24,000 nt of DNA, taken from contig BA000048.1 of assembly GCA_000270325.1 (NCBI GenBank), forward strand, positions 320,080 through 344,079, given 5' to 3'. This document shows, one piece after another, positions 16,439 through 24,000 of this stretch. A model generated the notes under the pieces. The model was not told the origin of the DNA. It saw only the letters and a program-made list of their open reading frames with translations, and searched no databases. Both the position numbers and the translations under genes were made by a program. The DNA is from Candidatus Caldarchaeum subterraneum (lineage in GTDB: Archaea > Thermoproteota > Nitrososphaeria_A > Caldarchaeales > Caldarchaeaceae). Position 1 is the first letter of the stretch; every line of letters begins with the position of its first letter.

Positions 16439-17277
16439 GCTAGTCCGCCTGCTGCGAAGGAGATGAGTGCGAGAAGCATCCACAGCAGTGTCAGGTTTTT
16501 CTGCTTCTTGGCTTCAGCGGGTTCGGGGTTTTTGATTATGCGTATGCTGCTGTAGACGAAGCCTGCGTCGGCTGCGGCCACAAGTGGTAGATATAGAATG
16601 TTTACCACCTTGAGCAGGTATGGAAGCGGGCTGAGCATCACCGCGGCGATGTAGAACCCTGCCCCTACCCTAGAAGCCGTCCTTAGCCCACTTTTCCGCG
16701 CAATCGTTGCCACCCCTCTCACTGCATCACCTTCCACGTCGGTGATGCCTTTGATGACTTCTCTGCCTGTGTTCGCCAAGAAAGCCAAAACCACGAAGAC
16801 AACAACACGCCAAGACACATATCCGTCGGCGAGCAAAGAACCATAGAGAAAAGGAGCAACCACGGTGAAGCTCACAGCGAAATTGCCTACCAGCCCAGCC
16901 TTTTTCAGAAACATGTTGTAAACTGTTGATACAGCCAAAGCCACCGCAGCCATCAAAAAACATGCCGTGGATGACAAGAACGCGGTGAGAAGTCCTGCGC
17001 CAGCCAAGATAGAGGATAGAGCGACAGCCGAGGTCGGCGAAACCTCGCCCGATGGTATGGGGCGTCTAGGGTTATTGACCAAGTCAACCTCCCTGTCGAA
17101 GTAATCGTTTAACGCCATGGACGAGCCTGTTAGTCCGAATGATGTTACGAATGCGTAGAATATCTGCTGGGGGTTGATGGCCCGTGTTTCGGAGAACAAC
17201 ACACCTATCAAGACAGCGAAAAACATCAGCAATCCGTTGGGCGGCCTCACCAACCTTAGAAGAGACATTATCCTCAT
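16435..17277 (-). CDS. UbiA-family prenyltransferase, probably digeranylgeranylglyceryl phosphate synthase-like
   Basis: LVRPPNGLLMFFAV, SMALNDYFDREVDLVNNPRRPIPSGEVSP and REVIKGITDVEGDAVRGVATIARKSG, the two Asp-rich UbiA motifs, plus many TM segments. Confidence 0.9.
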   Translation of the reverse strand: MRIMSLLRLVRPPNGLLMFFAVLIGVLFSETRAINPQQIFYAFVTSFGLTGSSMALNDYFDREVDLVNNPRRPIPSGEVSPTSAVALSSILAGAGLLTAFLSSTACFLMAAVALAVSTVYNMFLKKAGLVGNFAVSFTVVAPFLYGSLLADGYVSWRVVVFVVLAFLANTGREVIKGITDVEGDAVRGVATIARKSGLRTASRVGAGFYIAAVMLSPLPYLLKVVNILYLPLVAAADAGFVYSSIRIIKNPEPAEAKKQKNLTLLWMLLALISFAAGGLA

Positions 17278-17286
17278 TTTTTCAGC

Positions 17287-17832
17287 CTACTTGTTCCAGA
17301 GGTCGACGGTTGAGGCGTGGTAGTAGACCACCTCGTTGCGTCTATCCAGAACAGCCACGACAGCTACTTTATCCATGGCTCTGCAAGACCTGACGAGCGA
17401 AATAAGCTCGTCCACCGACACGCTTTCACCCTCATACAGGGGAATAACCAGATATTTAGCAGGCTTCGCCGGATACTCGCCTCTCTCGAAAACCCTGAAC
17501 CTTAGCTTGGGGCCGAACCCCTCCTTCACCACATAACGTCTCTTACGCAAATCCATGTAGATAACGTAGTCCCGCCAAAGGTTGTGGTCACGCTCAGCGA
17601 AGAAGCTAAGCAGCTCACTGAAGCCGAGCTTCCTCCCAGACCGGTAAACCTCCGCCTTGCCATGGTTTACAAGGTAAAGCGTTTCAACCTGGCTGAAGAA
17701 ATATCGTTTCTCACCCCGCATATCGCCGTAGCCACGTTCCCTGAACCAGCCTAGGTCCCCCTCGACGAAAACAACTTCGCCATCATTCAACAACTCGAGG
17801 CTTGCAGCCACGCTGACTACTTCCTCGCCCAA
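17287..17832 (-). CDS. tRNA-splicing endonuclease (EndA)-family subunit, with apparent loss of catalytic Tyr and His
   Basis: FSQVETLYLVNHGKAEV, YVIYMDLRKRRYVVKEGFGPKLRFRVFERGEYPAKPAKYLVIPL, and VRSCRAMDKVAVVAVLDRRNEVVYY align with the EndA fold. The position of the catalytic Tyr is Phe and the His is missing, while Lys is retained. Confidence 0.85.
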   Translation of the reverse strand: MGEEVVSVAASLELLNDGEVVFVEGDLGWFRERGYGDMRGEKRYFFSQVETLYLVNHGKAEVYRSGRKLGFSELLSFFAERDHNLWRDYVIYMDLRKRRYVVKEGFGPKLRFRVFERGEYPAKPAKYLVIPLYEGESVSVDELISLVRSCRAMDKVAVVAVLDRRNEVVYYHASTVDLWNK

Positions 17833-17856
17833 CCCCGAAACAGGTTAGGAAGCCTA

Positions 17857-17869
17857 CTCTATATATACA
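17857..17869. promoter_or_regulatory. Putative shared bidirectional TATA element between the EndA-like gene (-) and the envelope cluster (+)
   Basis: Near-palindromic tctatatatacat in a 53-nt divergent intergenic space, about 25-30 nt from both start codons (17832 on -, 17886 on +). Confidence 0.5.
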
Positions 17870-17885
17870 TACAGAAACGGCATAT

Positions 17886-18662
17886 TTGATAAAGCATAAG
17901 AAAAGGCTGTTTGGAGTATGGTTGGTGAAGAATCCTAGAGCCGTCCTTTTACTGGCTGTCGTTGCGCTTCTGACAGGGTTTAGCCTCTTCGAGATAGTGC
18001 CACCTATCTCGACCAGTTCTCTGCAGTTTGACATAAGGTTGAGCGAGGCCCCGGCCCGCCCCTACATACTCAGGGTAAGAGTTGAGCAAAAGCCTGTAGA
18101 GGGGTTCGCCGCCGTCCCTGTTCCAAGGGTTCTCGTATCTCTCGACAACTTCACCACCGTCACAAACCTAAGCGGCTACGCTTTCTTCACAACAACACCC
18201 GGCAAACACGTCATATCTGTCGCATCCACCACAGCCACTCTCCCAACCTATGCAGTAGATGTAGAGGTGACGACAAGGATAACCGAGCTGGTTATTAGAT
18301 TCGTGGAGACAAGGCTCAGCCTACAGTCCTTGGACGTGGTGATGGACACATCAACCCAGACAACATACGTCACAACCACCTACACACCGCCAGTCAACAG
18401 CAGCCTCTACGTGGGAAAACCCTATCTAACCTACATCGACCAAAATAACTATCTCAAACGACACATAGGCGAGGACACAGTTTCATACCTTCCCGGCCCC
18501 ATTCCACAATACAGAGGCCCATTCAACGAGATAAAAACAGGCGAAACTCTTCAACCCTACACAGCATCCGTGTCAATCGAGGGTCTCGTTCAGCTAGTGA
18601 TTCTTAAGGAGAGCTTTATCCCAGCATTCTACGTCGAGACGCAGCTAACAAAACGGGAGTGA
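17886..18662 (+). CDS. Membrane-anchored extracellular protein of unknown function with a carboxypeptidase-regulatory/Ig-like segment
   Basis: N-terminal hydrophobic segment AVLLLAVVALLTGFSLFEIV followed by PRVLVSLDNFTTVTNLSGYAFFTTTPGKHVISVAST, a typical beta-sandwich repeat pattern. TTG start. Confidence 0.65.
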   Translation: MIKHKKRLFGVWLVKNPRAVLLLAVVALLTGFSLFEIVPPISTSSLQFDIRLSEAPARPYILRVRVEQKPVEGFAAVPVPRVLVSLDNFTTVTNLSGYAFFTTTPGKHVISVASTTATLPTYAVDVEVTTRITELVIRFVETRLSLQSLDVVMDTSTQTTYVTTTYTPPVNSSLYVGKPYLTYIDQNNYLKRHIGEDTVSYLPGPIPQYRGPFNEIKTGETLQPYTASVSIEGLVQLVILKESFIPAFYVETQLTKRE

Positions 18663-18669
18663 AAGGGAA

Positions 18670-19119
18670 ATGGAGTCTCTCCTATACAACGTCTCGTTCT
18701 GGCTCATGCTAAACATCTTCCTAGTCGCAGCCATCGTCAGCCTCGTCCTCGTCAACCAATCCAGGTCCAAAAACAAACAACCGCCCAACTCATCACAACA
18801 AATCATAACCCTGAAGGAAGAAGAGGAACTATTCAAACAGTTGCTGCAGAAAGGTGAAAAAAGAGATGCCGTCGTCAAAGTTTTTCCACAGGTCTTTAAA
18901 AAAATATGCAAAACTGCAAACGTTGAGACAAGAGGCTACACCTTCAGGGAGGTCCTCAACTCGGGCCGCATCCCACAGACCTTTGCAGCGTATCTGTCCA
19001 GTATGTATGAGGTTTTTGAGCCCGTGAGGTATGGGGAGATGAAGCCTACGGAGGAGACGCTTGCCAAATTCGAGGAGAGTTTACACAGGCTTTCGGAGGA
19101 ATTCTGGTATGATGGTTGA
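18670..19119 (+). CDS. Membrane-anchored protein with a DUF4129-like C-terminal domain
   Basis: One N-terminal TM segment, then TRGYTFREVLNSGRIPQTFAAYLSSMYEVFEPVRYGEMKPTEETLAKFEESLHRLSEEF, resembling DUF4129, in MoxR/DUF58 genomic context. Confidence 0.65.
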   Translation: MESLLYNVSFWLMLNIFLVAAIVSLVLVNQSRSKNKQPPNSSQQIITLKEEEELFKQLLQKGEKRDAVVKVFPQVFKKICKTANVETRGYTFREVLNSGRIPQTFAAYLSSMYEVFEPVRYGEMKPTEETLAKFEESLHRLSEEFWYDG

Positions 19120-19381
19120 AAATGCTTTTTTCATACTGCTGGCGTTGATGCTTGCGGGAGCATTATCGCTTCTGGCTATTCCACGTGAAAAGAAAAGGAA
19201 AGATGTTGCTCGGGGTGAGGGTGTGGTGCTTGACCAATACGCGGATTTGGTGAAACTGGTGATGGATGGTGAGGTGAGGGAAGCGTTGAAAAGAGTTAGG
19301 AGATATGTTGAGAAGGAGACCGACACTGAGAGAAGGCGGCTGCTGAAGAATGTGGAGGCTGAGTTGAGAAAACATGTCTAA
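19109..19381 (+). CDS. Small single-TM protein with charged cytoplasmic tail
   Basis: MMVENAFFILLALMLAGALSLLAIPREKKRKDVARGEG...; the start overlaps the preceding stop and the stop overlaps the MoxR start. ORF extends upstream to 19061. Confidence 0.7.
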   Translation: MMVENAFFILLALMLAGALSLLAIPREKKRKDVARGEGVVLDQYADLVKLVMDGEVREALKRVRRYVEKETDTERRRLLKNVEAELRKHV

Positions 19382-20330
19382 TCTGTTTGCTGCTATGCTT
19401 GGAGAAGGTGTAAAGGCTGAGGTAGGTAAGGTAGTGGTGGGGATGCATGACGCCATAGAGTCCCTGATTATCGCGTTGTTGACAGGTGGCCACGTCATAA
19501 TGGAAGGCGTTCCAGGCCTCGCGAAAACTCTTCTCGCAAAATCATTCGCCATGTCCCTGGGACTAAGCTTCAAGAGAATACAGTTCACGACCGACATACT
19601 TCCATCAGACATAATCGGCGGCCTTGTCCTCAACAGAAAAACAGGCGAGCTGGAGTTTAAGCCTGGCCCGGTTTTCGCCAACGTGGTTCTGATAGATGAG
19701 ATAAACAGGGCTCCTCCGAGAAGCCAGTCGGCGTTGCTCGAGGCTATGCAGGAGAGGCAGGTGACGGTCGAGGGCGTGACCTACAAGTTGCCTGAGCCTT
19801 TTCTCGTCATCGCCACACAGAACCCAGTGGAGCTTGAGGGCACCTTTCCTCTTCCCGAAGCAGAGATAGACCGCTTCATGATGAGAGTAATAGTCTCCTA
19901 CCCAAGCCGCGAAGAGGAAATCCAAATTCTCAAGATGAGGGACATGCTCGGCGAAGATATCCCTGTCCAACCCGTGATAACCAGCGACCTGCTCAACCTC
20001 GCCATGGACGAAGTGAGGCATGTCAGGGTAGTCCCCGAGGTATTGGAGTACATCGTTGAAATCGTCATGAGAAGTAGGAAAGACACTCGGCTGATGCTTG
20101 GAGCGAGTCCGAGAGCTGAGATTGCTCTTCTATACGCGGCCAAGGCTTTGGCTGCCCTGAACAACCGTGTATACGTTATCCCCGATGACGTTAAGAGGGT
20201 GTGCTACCGTGTGCTCAATCATCGTCTCATGCCTAAGCCCGAGTACATCGACCTCTCCAAGAAAACCGACTACGGATTCGTGGAGAAAGTCATTGAGGAA
20301 TATTTGTTGGAGACAGAGGTTCCGATATGA
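19374..20330 (+). CDS. MoxR-family AAA+ ATPase
   Basis: Walker A GVPGLAKT, Walker B VVLIDEINRAPPRSQSALLEAMQERQVTV, sensor FLVIATQNPVELEGTFPLPEAEIDRFMMRV, GASPRAEIALLYAAKALA. Confidence 0.96.
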   Translation: MSNLFAAMLGEGVKAEVGKVVVGMHDAIESLIIALLTGGHVIMEGVPGLAKTLLAKSFAMSLGLSFKRIQFTTDILPSDIIGGLVLNRKTGELEFKPGPVFANVVLIDEINRAPPRSQSALLEAMQERQVTVEGVTYKLPEPFLVIATQNPVELEGTFPLPEAEIDRFMMRVIVSYPSREEEIQILKMRDMLGEDIPVQPVITSDLLNLAMDEVRHVRVVPEVLEYIVEIVMRSRKDTRLMLGASPRAEIALLYAAKALAALNNRVYVIPDDVKRVCYRVLNHRLMPKPEYIDLSKKTDYGFVEKVIEEYLLETEVPI

Positions 20331-21583
20331 AGCTAACAGCCCAAGGCTACAAAACACTCGTCTCCATGTTTATCATAGTGTTTTTCGCGTCAACTGTCTC
20401 GGTGTACAGGGCTTTGAGCCTCTCAATCTACATTGTGGGGGTTTTCATCCCTCTCTATTGTTTTTTCGCCGCCTCATCTCTAAGAATGCTTAGCCAGAAC
20501 GATTTTCTTTTTTCTCGACATGTTAGGAGAGCGCTTTTGCGAAAAGGTGAACATGCTGAGGTGCGTGTTAAGGTTGAGAACAAGTCGGGTCGAAGAGTTA
20601 GAGTCCGTGTTTTAGAACGTATAGACGGACTCAAGGTTGTTGAGGGTAGTGTTCAAGCTGAAAGAAACTTGGCCCCAGATGAACTCCTCGAACTCTCCTA
20701 CACTGTCACCTCCCATGGACGCGGCATAGGTCTCCTCGGGCCGCTGGTAGTGCATGTCTTGGACGACTACGGCATGGTCTACAAAGAATTCACGCTGGGA
20801 GAAGAGGTGAAGATTGTTTTCACGGAACACGTCATAGGCCAGCCGAAGCTCTCTGACGCGGTAAAGACGGTGTTCCCCACCCCCTATGCAGGAACAGGCT
20901 CCTCCCATGAATACGGTGTAGACGACATTTTCCGCGAGATAACAAGGTATGAAGAGGGGCAGCCGCTAAAAGCCGTTGATTGGAGAAGAACAGCGCGAGA
21001 AAACGGGGAAATATTTGTTCGACGGTTTGATAAGCAAAACCGTCTCCGCATCTGTCTCGTGCTTGACTACAGCCATGGCAACATCTTGGGCAACCCATCG
21101 CTTCTAGACTCAGTCGTTGGAGCAGTATCTACGCTTGCCTCATCTGTTCTGGAGCGAGGTGACTCGGTAACCATAGTGGTCCCGGGCGCAAGAGAAGGTG
21201 TAGTTAAGGCGACTGGGCTGAGGGATTATTTCAGGCTATTGACCTTTCTCTCCACAGTAGCGCCAGTGTCGCAATACAGGATTGTAGATTGGTTGGAATA
21301 TTTGCATGGTTTTGACGCCGTCTTCATGGTGGGCAGGTTCGCAAACCTTGACGAAGCCTCTCTAAAGACCGTGGCTGAGAAGGTTAGGCTGTACGGCGGC
21401 GTCTTATACTTGCTCGTCCCAACCTTGGAAAACGTGACGAGACCTGCGAAGGCATTGGAGGTTCTTGAACAGGCCCGTGTCCAGAGGCTTCGAAAAATCT
21501 ACGGTCATGTCTATTTGGTTAGGCAGACGGATTTGCTGAACTATCTTGTTCACCTCCATAGAAGCTTGAGGATGATGATATGA
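20327..21583 (+). CDS. DUF58 domain protein
   Basis: Two N-terminal TM segments, EYGVDDIFREITRYEEGQPLKAVDWRRTARENGEIFVRRFDKQNRLRICLVLDYSHGN, typical of DUF58 proteins. Adjacent to MoxR. Confidence 0.92.
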   Translation: MKLTAQGYKTLVSMFIIVFFASTVSVYRALSLSIYIVGVFIPLYCFFAASSLRMLSQNDFLFSRHVRRALLRKGEHAEVRVKVENKSGRRVRVRVLERIDGLKVVEGSVQAERNLAPDELLELSYTVTSHGRGIGLLGPLVVHVLDDYGMVYKEFTLGEEVKIVFTEHVIGQPKLSDAVKTVFPTPYAGTGSSHEYGVDDIFREITRYEEGQPLKAVDWRRTARENGEIFVRRFDKQNRLRICLVLDYSHGNILGNPSLLDSVVGAVSTLASSVLERGDSVTIVVPGAREGVVKATGLRDYFRLLTFLSTVAPVSQYRIVDWLEYLHGFDAVFMVGRFANLDEASLKTVAEKVRLYGGVLYLLVPTLENVTRPAKALEVLEQARVQRLRKIYGHVYLVRQTDLLNYLVHLHRSLRMMI

Positions 21584-22293
21584 TGGATAAGCTTTTGAGG
21601 GCGGTGGCACTTCTACCCCCCGTTGTCCTCACATTATCAGTCTTGTCAATGCTGGATGTTTCAAACAGTTTCGTGTTTGTAGGGTTTTTCTCCCTTCTTT
21701 TCATCTCTGCGACAGACCGGTTCAAATGGGCAGGCATAATATTGGTCTATGTTCCCGCGGCCTACACCGTCTCGCTTCTGCTGACAGGCGTTGTTTCACC
21801 ATTTCTCGGCCTGGCCGCTGGCTACATAGTTTCTGCACCCGCCGTCTTCGCGATATCAGCATACAGAAGCAATCTATTCACTGGATTGGTTGGAGGCTAC
21901 TACGCGTCATATGTTTTCGCCCTTCTCCTAAACAACGTAACGTCAAGCGGTGTTGTGAGGCCCGAGAGATTGTTCATCATGCTTGTCCAAAACATCCTCG
22001 GCCTTTTCTCAACAGGGACAGTCAACATAACTCCCGCAAACCCAGAACCCGAGCTCATTTTCACGGTTCTCACAGCTTTAGCCTCCTTTGCACTCCTCAC
22101 ATCCTTCGCGGGCAATCAACTACAAAAAATAAACGAACCCTTCCTGAAAACCCTCATAACCTCACTAGCCCTGATGAGTCTCAGCATCTTCGTAGGCCAG
22201 CATTCGCCAGTGTTGACCCCCTATTTCCTACTGGCTTCATTTGTTCTGCTCACGGCTGCTTTAATGCTTTGGTTGCGCACCTCCCATGAATAG
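21580..22293 (+). CDS. Polytopic membrane protein of unknown function
   Basis: 237-aa ORF with about 6-7 hydrophobic segments, overlapping both neighbours by a few nt. Confidence 0.8.
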   Translation: MMDKLLRAVALLPPVVLTLSVLSMLDVSNSFVFVGFFSLLFISATDRFKWAGIILVYVPAAYTVSLLLTGVVSPFLGLAAGYIVSAPAVFAISAYRSNLFTGLVGGYYASYVFALLLNNVTSSGVVRPERLFIMLVQNILGLFSTGTVNITPANPEPELIFTVLTALASFALLTSFAGNQLQKINEPFLKTLITSLALMSLSIFVGQHSPVLTPYFLLASFVLLTAALMLWLRTSHE

Positions 22294-23803
22294 AGCACTG
22301 TATCTATTTGTGATTGCATTTCTGGCTGTCCCGTCTCAAGGACAGAGCATCGAGCCATATTGGCTAGTCGGGTTTGACGGCGACATCATGCTCCCGTTTC
22401 TCGATAGAGGTGTGCTCGAATGCGGTGTGGGTGAAAGTCTCGCGGTGAAACTTGTTGGCCGAGACGGATTCGTCGCTCTCGTTTCGCCTAATGGCCTAAG
22501 TGAAAATGTTTTTTTACGCGATGGGGAGAGAACGGTTCTCAGGAGGTTTGGGCCCGGTGACGCGGGAAACTGGACGCTTGTGGCCGACACCGGTCAGACA
22601 CTCACTCTACAGGTCAGGCCACCGTTAGCGAAGCCGCCTGTGCAGGTTTTGGCTAGGTTTGAGGGACCCTTTGTTGTCTTGACGGTGTCAACATCTCCAA
22701 ACACTTATGCGCTTTTCTTAGATGGACGTGGGGAGGGAGAAGTTGTCGCTGCAGGCTCTTCGATAGAGCTTGGTTTGAAGGGATTCAACGATACGAGGGT
22801 GAGAGTGGAGATAATAAGGAGGGAGCCGACAATAAGATACGGCGGGCTGCTCGACGGCTTGCCCTACACCATGCAGCTGGACCCCTTATCTGTCAACACA
22901 ATTGTAGAGGGCAGGAGGATAAATGACTCGACGGTGTTCAGCGTGAGATTACCTGCCGATGGTGAGCAGGTTTCAGGCTTGAGGAAGATGGGTTTAGGGC
23001 CTCATCTCATCCGTCTCTACTCGGTCTCAGACAAACGGATTCTCTTGGAGAGGGAGGTTGTGGTTGTGCCAGAATCGATGAAAAGCTTCACGGGGTTGAG
23101 TCGTGCTGTCCGTGCGGATGTGTGGGCCGCGGCCGCCAAAAACTTCACAATCCTTGTCGGGGACGAGGCTGGCAACCTCTGGATTCTCCAAATCAGGCCG
23201 CCGATAGCCTTCATCCGCTTGTATGACCAAATTCATTCGAGATACGTGAAAGGTGTGGGTGTGGCTTTAGCCGATGGACAGGCCCAGAATTTAGATGAAT
23301 GGACAGGGATAATCTTCGTCAACAGGATTGAGATAAATAACTATGGGAACAACAGCAGCTACAGCCCGTCTACAGAAACAAATGTGTCGCTTAACTTCAA
23401 CGCAACATCGCTGACACTGCCCCTTACGGTGACGGCGGGAGACAGGGTGACTCTAAACCTCCAGCTCCATCAAGCCCATATCACACTTATCTGGCCCAAC
23501 GGCACTACATACAAGGGCCCCGCCACTTTGACAATCAACTCGGCGAAATTTACAAACGCAACAGCGCTGCTTCTTCCCGTCGACAAATATGTTGTAAGAG
23601 CAGATAACCCGCCAAGCTTCTCCAGCAACGTTTACACCTTGACAGCCGACACTACCTGGACAATAATCATATTGGATAACCCTGCTGGTGTCGCGGGCTT
23701 TAGGGCGTCCGCCGTTCTTCTCACAGCCCTCCTAGTATACACCGTTTTTAGACTGCGTAAGACCTTTTATCGAGCGGACCTGTTTAGACGTGAGCAAAGA
23801 TGA
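22286..23803 (+). CDS. Large secreted beta-rich protein with N-terminal signal peptide and C-terminal TM anchor, unknown function
   Basis: Signal peptide MNRALYLFVIAFLAVPSQGQS, long beta-rich region with several N-x-S/T sequons, C-terminal VAGFRASAVLLTALLVYTVFRLRKTFYR (TM plus basic stop-transfer). Confidence 0.8.
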   Translation: MNRALYLFVIAFLAVPSQGQSIEPYWLVGFDGDIMLPFLDRGVLECGVGESLAVKLVGRDGFVALVSPNGLSENVFLRDGERTVLRRFGPGDAGNWTLVADTGQTLTLQVRPPLAKPPVQVLARFEGPFVVLTVSTSPNTYALFLDGRGEGEVVAAGSSIELGLKGFNDTRVRVEIIRREPTIRYGGLLDGLPYTMQLDPLSVNTIVEGRRINDSTVFSVRLPADGEQVSGLRKMGLGPHLIRLYSVSDKRILLEREVVVVPESMKSFTGLSRAVRADVWAAAAKNFTILVGDEAGNLWILQIRPPIAFIRLYDQIHSRYVKGVGVALADGQAQNLDEWTGIIFVNRIEINNYGNNSSYSPSTETNVSLNFNATSLTLPLTVTAGDRVTLNLQLHQAHITLIWPNGTTYKGPATLTINSAKFTNATALLLPVDKYVVRADNPPSFSSNVYTLTADTTWTIIILDNPAGVAGFRASAVLLTALLVYTVFRLRKTFYRADLFRREQR

Positions 23804-24000
23804 GAACCACGGTCTCGGTCATCAAGGCTGATGTCGGAAGCATCGCTGGACATCATAAGCCTCACCCCAAGATGATGGAGCTCGCGTCTGGGAAACTAGC
23901 TGAAGCCGAGAACACAGGTCTCATAAAATCTGGATACGCCACACACTGCGGGGACGACATTATCCTAGTGATGAGCCACGGCAAAGGTGAAGACAATCCC
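23800..24000 (+). CDS. Archaeal bifunctional fructose-1,6-bisphosphate aldolase/phosphatase (N-terminal part, truncated by window edge)
   Basis: Manual translation MRTTVSVIKADVGSIAGHHKPHPKMMELASGKLAEAENTGLIKSGYATHCGDDIILVMSHGKGEDNP. The KADVGS-x-x-GH N-terminus and CGDD motif are characteristic of the archaeal FBPA/P family. Confidence 0.93.
   Translation, partial: MRTTVSVIKADVGSIAGHHKPHPKMMELASGKLAEAENTGLIKSGYATHCGDDIILVMSHGKGEDNP

Noticed and set aside
19163-19681. 172-aa minus-strand ORF
   Set aside because: Antisense to the small TM protein and the Walker A region of the MoxR ATPase, with no motifs.
17886-24000. Interpretation of the MoxR/DUF58 cluster as an antiviral defence island
   Set aside because: MoxR-like ATPases do occur in some ternary conflict systems, but there is no nuclease, toxin, effector or phage-associated gene here, and the flanking genes are housekeeping.
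1-24000. CRISPR arrays, transposases, integrase/att sites
   Set aside because: No regularly spaced direct repeats and no transposase or integrase motifs seen on either strand. The tRNA-Leu shows no adjacent duplicate 3' end or integrase gene.

Overview
The window is a gene-dense archaeal chromosomal segment. Archaeal-type PheRS, a UbiA/DGGGP-synthase-like protein, a tRNA-splicing endonuclease family protein and the start of an archaeal FBP aldolase/phosphatase all point that way; closer placement is not possible from sequence alone. In order: a left-truncated PMT-like glycosyltransferase (-), GLFV dehydrogenase (-), M24 peptidase (+), DUF92 membrane protein (-), hisS (-), HtrA/Deg-like protease (+), FAH-family protein (-), methylmalonate-semialdehyde-dehydrogenase-like ALDH (+), pheT and pheS (-), a small membrane protein (-), tRNA-Leu(CAG) (-), a tandem SIS-domain protein (+), an LLM/F420-type oxidoreductase (-), a cyclase-family hydrolase (+), a UbiA prenyltransferase (-), an EndA-like protein lacking two catalytic-triad residues (-), and a tightly coupled envelope cluster (secreted protein, DUF4129-like, small TM protein, MoxR ATPase, DUF58, polytopic membrane protein, anchored extracellular protein) running directly into FBP aldolase/phosphatase (+). 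No CRISPR arrays, transposases or recognisable defence system were seen. The best leads are the uncharacterised MoxR/DUF58 envelope cluster, the catalytically degenerate EndA-like subunit, two homopolymer frameshifts (hisS and PMT-like), two apparently bidirectional compact TATA promoters, and a nested inverted repeat between convergent genes.
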